From: Escherichia phage EC128
DNA length: 64,000 nt
Direction: 5' to 3' (one strand)
Sequence record: ON210139.1
Shown: positions 58,529-64,000 of the stretch, in pieces
Layout of the letters: every line of letters begins with the position of its first letter
Numbering within the stretch: the first letter of the stretch is position 1
Notes under the pieces: generated by a model
Database searches by the model: none
The model's input: only the letters and a program-made list of their open reading frames with translations
Told to the model about the DNA's origin: nothing
Translations under genes and position numbers: made by a program

Positions 58529-59530
58529 ATGACTCGTAACGAATATATCAAATCATTCAATAGCGTTATTGATGATAAAGTTAAACCTGTGTTTAGTCAG
58601 AATAGTGTTATTTCCATTATCAATCAATGGCTAAATAATATTGATGTAAGCATTGTTTCTTCCAGCAAATTTATTCACGAAGTTCGTGAAATTTCTAGTC
58701 GTACAGATAAAGATGACATTAAGAAAACCTTTAAAGGGTCTCGTCTTCTTTCATACTTAGTCAACAGAGATATTCTTGGTAAATTTGGGAAAGAAATTAA
58801 ACGAACTAAAGATGTAATAGGATACAGTTGGTTCGGTGATGTTAATTCTTATCATCTTAATAATAAAGAAGACCCTGAGAATATTTTTACTCGTCGTTGG
58901 ATTAGTAATTTTAGACTTTTCAAGAAGCAAATTCTAAAATCAGCTTCTAAATTATGCTATGGTGATTATCGTCAAATCCATCCTTGGGCTTCTGATATGA
59001 TTATCATAAAAGAATATGAGCTTGATAAAAATAAAGCAGCTATTTTTGTGAATTATGAATTTTTTACACCAGAAGCTAATCAAAAGAACATTAATAAATT
59101 TTTCTCAATTGCTAGCGATATAACTCGTCAGTTAGAGACCGCATTACTTTGTATGGAAACAGTAGAAAATATTCATACTTATCCTTTTAAGAATATATGC
59201 GGTTGGGAAGGATATAAAATTGTAGTTAGTCTCCGTGAAGTAAAGTGTGCGTACTCACCGACTGATAAAGAAATTTACCAACAAAAATGTGATGAAATTG
59301 TGAATACTCCTAAAGAAGAAACTACCCTTGAGGAACTAATGGAATGTCTTGACGATTCGCCTGAACCAGTAGAAATTCGTCCAGAAGTTATTGCACTAGA
59401 AAAAGCTTATAAAGAAGTTCTAGAAATTTCTAATAAAGCGCAGAAAGAATATGAGCAGGCTAAAAGGATTTGGGAAGAATCTGTTAATCGCCTGGATCGT
59501 CTTGAACAAGCTTTACAGTTAATTAAGTAA
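58529..59530 (+). CDS. Paralog 3 of the four-member tandem family
   Basis: 333 aa from MTRNEYIKSF after a GAGGAG RBS; motif FRLFKKQILKSASKLCYGD; C-terminal coiled coil. Confidence 0.55.
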   Translation: MTRNEYIKSFNSVIDDKVKPVFSQNSVISIINQWLNNIDVSIVSSSKFIHEVREISSRTDKDDIKKTFKGSRLLSYLVNRDILGKFGKEIKRTKDVIGYSWFGDVNSYHLNNKEDPENIFTRRWISNFRLFKKQILKSASKLCYGDYRQIHPWASDMIIIKEYELDKNKAAIFVNYEFFTPEANQKNINKFFSIASDITRQLETALLCMETVENIHTYPFKNICGWEGYKIVVSLREVKCAYSPTDKEIYQQKCDEIVNTPKEETTLEELMECLDDSPEPVEIRPEVIALEKAYKEVLEISNKAQKEYEQAKRIWEESVNRLDRLEQALQLIK

Positions 59531-59582
59531 TTTAAAGCCAAGGATGGCTCGGAGTATAAATCATTAACCAAGTGAGAAGAAC

Positions 59583-60512
59583 ATGAAAACTCGTAAACAT
59601 TATATTGATTATTTTGACAGCCTTATTACTAAACATCGTAATTATCAGATCGGGCACAGAGCAGTAATCAATAATATTCTTCGTGATTTCCTTCAATATG
59701 TTGGCCAGGAAAATCATATCTGTAAAGATACTCAGAACGCTTATTCTCATTCGTTAGGCAATTTGCTTCAATGGTTTAAACGTTCTCGTCTGTTATCTTC
59801 TACTGTAGCTCGTGATAACATTGAAAACTTTATGAAGCCGAGCTTCATTAAATCTGCGACATCTATAACCGATTTGGTTGAATTTACTATTGTTAACGAT
59901 GTTAAAAAGACCCATTTGGCTGATTGGTTATCTACCATTCCCGAAACTAAATTTGCTGATAAATTCGCTTGTCAATTCAATGACCAAGTGAATATGCTTT
60001 TTAAGCATGCTCGTAAACTATTTACCGCGGGCGATGACCGTACAAATACAGTTCATGTTAAGGATTGGGTTATTGCTGATGAAGTAACACATAAGCCAGG
60101 TGGTTCATCAGTATTAATTAATATCCAGGTTCCTTATTATTACTCACGTAATCTCGGCACCATGAACTCTAGAGAAATTAATAAGCACAACAAAACTATT
60201 CGTTCGTTGTCTTATAAACTCCGCATGATGTTAAAAATCATGGACGTAGTAGAAATGTATGACGAAACCGAAGATAATGGTTCAATGCTGTACAGTTCAC
60301 GCATTCTAATTAAACTGAAGAACCCTAATACATATAAGCCAGTTGTAAAAGAACCTAAAGCAGAAAAGGCTGATAACCTGAGTGAAGAACGCGAATATCT
60401 CAAATCTCGACTGGTTGAAGTTGAAGCCCAGATTGCCGAACACACCAAATTGTTAAAAGCTCTTAATGCAAAAGCAAATGGTTTACGTAATGCTATTGAG
60501 GTACTGAAATGA
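59583..60512 (+). CDS. Paralog 4 of the four-member tandem family
   Basis: 309 aa; MKTRKHYIDYF; motif LFKHARKLFTAGDD; C-terminal coiled coil. Confidence 0.55.
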   Translation: MKTRKHYIDYFDSLITKHRNYQIGHRAVINNILRDFLQYVGQENHICKDTQNAYSHSLGNLLQWFKRSRLLSSTVARDNIENFMKPSFIKSATSITDLVEFTIVNDVKKTHLADWLSTIPETKFADKFACQFNDQVNMLFKHARKLFTAGDDRTNTVHVKDWVIADEVTHKPGGSSVLINIQVPYYYSRNLGTMNSREINKHNKTIRSLSYKLRMMLKIMDVVEMYDETEDNGSMLYSSRILIKLKNPNTYKPVVKEPKAEKADNLSEEREYLKSRLVEVEAQIAEHTKLLKALNAKANGLRNAIEVLK

Positions 60513-60805
60513 AAAAGCGCTTATTAGAAGATATTGCCGAAGCTTCAGATTTTCCTGAATGGACTCCATGCGCTGGGTTTGATAAAGGGCTGCTAGTTAC
60601 CGACGATTTAGACTTTAAACCTCCAGCATGGGATGCCATTATGGCTATGGTTAGTCGTCGTGAGCAATCTTCTAAGAATGTTCCAAACTGCCCAAAGTGT
60701 GGTACTGAACAGGTACAATTAGTTCATTGGCAGACTAGTATTCTTCGTTATAAATGTCGTCATTGCAAACACCGATTTAACCGAGAAGAAAATGACCAAG
60801 CGTAA
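60509..60805 (+). CDS. Small zinc-ribbon protein
   Basis: 98 aa ORF with C-terminal CPKCG...x17...CRHCKH pair of CxxC motifs. Confidence 0.5.
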   Translation: MKKRLLEDIAEASDFPEWTPCAGFDKGLLVTDDLDFKPPAWDAIMAMVSRREQSSKNVPNCPKCGTEQVQLVHWQTSILRYKCRHCKHRFNREENDQA

Positions 60806-61034
60806 AGAATATATGGAGATTGCTGAAAAGGCAGTCCGTGAATTAGCAATAGCGTATTATAATGAACATGGTAAATTTCCTGATAGATACAGCGTGCTTA
60901 AATCTGCTTTAACTCGTTCATATAAAAATATGCTATCAGAAGTAAGTGATATTATATACAAACATAAAGAACAAACAGGCCAAAGTCTTGATTACGACGA
61001 GACTTTTAAACAAGTATTAGGAATTAAGGAATAA
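60792..61034 (+). CDS. Hypothetical protein
   Basis: 80 aa ORF immediately upstream of nrdC. Confidence 0.5.
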   Translation: MTKRKEYMEIAEKAVRELAIAYYNEHGKFPDRYSVLKSALTRSYKNMLSEVSDIIYKHKEQTGQSLDYDETFKQVLGIKE

Positions 61035-61035
61035 T

Positions 61036-61299
61036 ATGTTTAAAGTATATGGTTATGATAGCAACATCCACAAATGCGTGTATTGCGATAATGCAAAACG
61101 TCTTTTGACCGTGAAGAAACAGCCGTTTGAATTTATCAACATTATGCCGGAAAAAGGTGTTTTTGATGATGAGAAAATCGCTGAGCTTCTGACTAAACTA
61201 GGTCGTGATACTCAAATCGGCTTAACAATGCCTCAGGTATTTGCTCCTGATGGAAGTCATATTGGTGGATTTGACCAATTGCGGGAATACTTTAAATGA
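61036..61299 (+). CDS. nrdC: Phage glutaredoxin/thioredoxin NrdC
   Basis: 87 aa ORF with active-site CVYC; recognised as T4 NrdC. Confidence 0.93.
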   Translation: MFKVYGYDSNIHKCVYCDNAKRLLTVKKQPFEFINIMPEKGVFDDEKIAELLTKLGRDTQIGLTMPQVFAPDGSHIGGFDQLREYFK

Positions 61300-61511
61300 T
61301 GCTCGAAGGAACTGATTATATCCATGATTACCGCGGAAGCGCGGTATATGTAGGTGATGAAGTTGTAGTTTATTATGGGTATGGAACTTTGATGACAGCA
61401 AAGGTTATTCAAATTAAAAATAATCGTGCTAAACTTGAAGTTTATTATTCTAATGGTGAAAAGTCTATTTCTAAGTGGAAATATGGCGATTGTATGGTCA
61501 AACTGGGGTAA
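61296..61511 (+). CDS. Hypothetical protein
   Basis: 71 aa ORF. Confidence 0.45.
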   Translation: MMLEGTDYIHDYRGSAVYVGDEVVVYYGYGTLMTAKVIQIKNNRAKLEVYYSNGEKSISKWKYGDCMVKLG

Positions 61512-61513
61512 AT

Positions 61514-61684
61514 ATGATTTACGATATTAATGTAGCAAGAGCTCCGTCAATGGTTACTATTCCTGCTAAAGAACTAGATCGTCTTCATAAAATTGAAGAA
61601 CTTCTTTGGGAAATTGAATCTGATTTGCCATCAGGATTAGAATCCTGGATTGATTATGAAGAACTTAATAAGCTTCGGGGTTAA
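61514..61684 (+). CDS. Hypothetical small protein
   Basis: About 56 aa from MIYDINV after a GGGG RBS; track ORF starts upstream. Confidence 0.35.
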   Translation: MIYDINVARAPSMVTIPAKELDRLHKIEELLWEIESDLPSGLESWIDYEELNKLRG

Positions 61685-61806
61685 ACCTTGGTGGGCGGCT
61701 AGATGGGAAACTGTAGAGCCAGAGCCGGAAGAACCGGTTTACACTGATGAAGAAACAGTATATAATGAACCAACGATAAATGACTTAATTGATATGGAGA
61801 TGGGAC

Positions 61807-62292
61807 ATGATTACAGTAGATAAGTGGTTTAGAATTAATCGTGCTGATACAGGGCTATGTAATTACTGGCCGGAACTTAGTGCAGGTACTGTCTTTAAAG
61901 TTCGTGAACTTGCAAAAGAATGTGAAGATGATATAGAGCCTGACACTGGAATTGTTGAAATTGAACTTTCCGACGGAAAGATTATTAATATCTATGATAA
62001 GCCAATTACATATTGGTGCTTATGGAATACTGAATCAGTCGAAAATGGCGAAATTGAAGAAGTTGTAGAGCGAACTAATCAAGTTGTTCAGAAGCCTAAA
62101 GCCGATTTTCAAGGTGAACGTATTTCATACGCACTAGCTAAATTAGCTGCGCAAGAAAATAACGATGGCTATGAAGGTAACCTGATGCAAGCTGCCGCAG
62201 AGTACATTGAATGGCTTGAAACTCAAATTTCTTTTTCTGACCAAAAGATTCGGCAATATAAGCGATTGAATCAAATGTTTTACAATACTTGA
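61807..62292 (+). CDS. pin: Pin-like protein (candidate Lon protease inhibitor)
   Basis: Start at MITVDKWF gives 161 aa, the recalled T4 Pin length; sits between nrdC and gene 49 as in T4; by position and size only. Confidence 0.5.
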   Translation: MITVDKWFRINRADTGLCNYWPELSAGTVFKVRELAKECEDDIEPDTGIVEIELSDGKIINIYDKPITYWCLWNTESVENGEIEEVVERTNQVVQKPKADFQGERISYALAKLAAQENNDGYEGNLMQAAAEYIEWLETQISFSDQKIRQYKRLNQMFYNT

Positions 62293-62333
62293 AAATAATA
62301 AATACCCTTATCTATTTAAGGTAAGGGTTTATT

Positions 62334-62807
62334 ATGTTATTGACTGGCAAATTATATAAAAAAGAAAAACAGAAATTTTATGATGCACAAAATGGTAAAT
62401 GCTTAATTTGCCAACGAGAACTAAATCCTGACGTTCAAGCTAATCACCTCGACCATGACCATGAATTAAATGGACCAAAAGCAGGAAAGGTACGTGGATT
62501 GCTTTGTAATCTATGCAATGCCGCAGAAGGTCAAATGAAGCATAAATTTAATCGTTCTGGCTTAAAGGGACAGGGTGTTGATTATCTTGAATGGTTAGAA
62601 AATTTACTTACTTACTTAAAATCCGATTACACCCAAAATAATATTCACCCTAACTTCGTTGGAGATAAATCAAAGGAATTTTCTCGTTTAGGAAAAGAGG
62701 AAATGATGGCTGAGATGCTTCAAAGAGGATTTGAATATAATGAATCTGACACCAAAACACAATTAATAGCTTCATTTAAGAAGCAGCTTAGAAAGAGTTT
62801 AAAATGA
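62334..62807 (+). CDS. 49: Endonuclease VII (Holliday junction resolvase)
   Basis: 157 aa ORF with zinc site CLIC...CNLC and HNH-like NHLDHDHELNG; recognised as T4 gp49. Confidence 0.93.
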   Translation: MLLTGKLYKKEKQKFYDAQNGKCLICQRELNPDVQANHLDHDHELNGPKAGKVRGLLCNLCNAAEGQMKHKFNRSGLKGQGVDYLEWLENLLTYLKSDYTQNNIHPNFVGDKSKEFSRLGKEEMMAEMLQRGFEYNESDTKTQLIASFKKQLRKSLK

Positions 62808-63341
62808 CAATTGAAAAAGAAATTGAAGGATTGATTCATAAAACTAATAAAGACCTTTTGAACGAGAATGCTAATAAAGATTCTCGTGTTTTTCCAACTC
62901 AACGGGACCTTATGGCTGGTATTGTGTCTAAACACATTGCCAAAAATATGGTCCCGTCTTTTATTATGAAAGCGCATGAAAGCGGAATTATCCATTTCCA
63001 TGATATTGATTATTCCCCTGCTCTTCCATTTACTAATTGCTGTTTAGTAGATTTAAAAGGAATGCTTGAGAACGGATTTAAGCTCGGTAATGCACAGATT
63101 GAAACTCCTAAATCAATTGGCGTTGCTACTGCAATTATGGCACAAATTACTGCACAGGTTGCTTCCCATCAATATGGCGGAACGACTTTTGCGAATGTAG
63201 ATAAAGTACTTTCTCCTTATGTTAAACGCACCTATGCAAAACATATTGAAGATGCAGAAAAATGGCAAATCGCCGATGCGTTGAATTATGCTCAATCTAA
63301 AACAGAAAAAGACGTATACGATGCATTCCAAGCTTATGAGT
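62804..63341 (+). CDS. nrdD: Anaerobic ribonucleoside-triphosphate reductase NrdD, exon 1 (interrupted by a group I intron)
   Basis: Frame open from MTIEKEIEGL to 63349; proposed 5' splice site after U63341, where exon UAUGAGU can pair with intron GCUCAUG (P1 with terminal U-G). Confidence 0.75.
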
Positions 63342-63545
63342 TAACGTAAGTCAAGCTCATGTAAAATCTGCCTAAAACGGGAAACTCTCACTGAGACAAT
63401 CCGTTGCTAAATCAGCGGTAGCTGTAAATGCCCAACGACTATCCCTGATGAATGTAAGGGAGTAGGGTCAAGCGACCCGAAACGGCAGACAACTCTTAGA
63501 GTTGAAGATATAGTCTGAACTGCATGGCGACATGCAGCTGTTTAT

Positions 63546-63569
63546 CCTCGTATAAATACGAATACGAGG
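63546..63569 (+). promoter_or_regulatory. Late promoter TATAAATA within a hairpin that also contains the I-TevII Shine-Dalgarno
   Basis: CCTCGTAT-aaatacga-ATACGAGG inverted repeat; TATAAATA at 63551-63558; GAGG RBS lies in the 3' arm, 8 nt before the ATG. Confidence 0.55.
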
Positions 63570-63576
63570 TGAAACG

Positions 63577-64000
63577 ATGAAATGGAAATTAAGAAAAAGC
63601 TTAAAAATTGACAATTCTGTAGCATTTACCTATATGGTAAGATTTCCTGATAAGTCTTTTTATATAGGTTTTAAAAAATTCAAAACTATATATGGTAAAG
63701 ATACAAATTGGAAAGAATACAATTCGTCATCTAAGCTTGTTAAAGAAAAGCTTAAAGATTATAAAGCTAAGTGGATAATTCTTCAAGTTTTTGATTCTTA
63801 TGAATCGGCCCTTAAACATGAAGAAATGCTTATTAGGAAACATTTTAATAACGAATTTATTCTTAATAAATCTATAGGTGGATATAAATTTAACAAATAT
63901 CCGGATTCAGAAGAACATAAGCAAAAACTTAGTAATGCCCATAAAGGTAAAATCTTATCTTTAAAACATAAAGATAAGATACGAGAGAAATTGATTGAGC
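63577..64000 (+). CDS. I-TevII: Intron-encoded GIY-YIG homing endonuclease I-TevII (3' end outside window)
   Basis: MKWKLRKSLKIDNSVAFTYMVRFPDKSFYIGF contains the GIY-YIG motif; sits inside the nrdD intron. Confidence 0.8.
   Translation, partial: MKWKLRKSLKIDNSVAFTYMVRFPDKSFYIGFKKFKTIYGKDTNWKEYNSSSKLVKEKLKDYKAKWIILQVFDSYESALKHEEMLIRKHFNNEFILNKSIGGYKFNKYPDSEEHKQKLSNAHKGKILSLKHKDKIREKLIE

Larger units (their letters stand above)
63342..64000 (+). mobile_element. Group I self-splicing intron in nrdD (5' part, continues beyond window) carrying I-TevII
   Basis: Stop codons in all frames right after exon 1; structured GC-rich segment (GGGAGTAGGGTCAAGCGACCCGAAACGG); internal GIY-YIG ORF; T4 nrdD (sunY) is known to carry such an intron. 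Confidence 0.7.

Noticed and set aside
61656-61820. 55-codon plus-strand ORF overlapping the end of the 61514 ORF and the start of pin
   Set aside because: Below size threshold, overlaps two better-supported genes in different frames, no clear RBS; left unannotated.

Overview
This window reads as a T4-like (Tevenvirinae) myovirus genome segment, in reverse orientation relative to the T4 gene order as I recall it. Calls rest on reading the translated ORFs and on recalled T4 gene order and protein lengths; no database search was run. Nt 3-31417 carry the late morphogenetic module on the minus strand: gene 24, 23, 22, 21, 68, 67, 20, 19, 18, 17, 16, 15, 14, 13, wac, 12, 11, 10, 9, 8, 7, 6, 5.4, 5.1, 5 and 53, with late promoters (TATAAATA) and hairpin terminators between them. 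A convergent partial rnlB-like gene sits at the left edge. From 31465 onward the plus strand carries genes 4, 2, 3, 1, 57A, 57B (Acb1-like), ipI, seven tRNAs, segB, tRNA-Arg and a stable-RNA region, an e-region island, nudE, lysozyme e, denV, a vs island (including a GrcA-like gene, an Acb2-like gene, regB, vs.1, vs), a macro-domain gene, tk, rI, a long accessory island, nrdC, pin-like, endonuclease VII (49), and nrdD exon 1 interrupted by a group I intron carrying I-TevII. Departures from the T4 layout as I remember it: an HNH endonuclease between genes 13 and 14; no ipII/ipIII between e and denV, but a capsid-targeting-sequence gene downstream of the RNA cluster; and a Seg-like GIY-YIG gene in the nrdC island. 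The most plausible candidates for an undescribed system are in the rI.1-nrdC island: a nucleotidyltransferase-fold protein, an AAA+ ATPase, membrane proteins, and four tandem paralogous proteins of about 300-340 aa each ending in a coiled coil. Accessory cassettes are flanked by repeated early-promoter/stem-loop (PeSL-like) modules.
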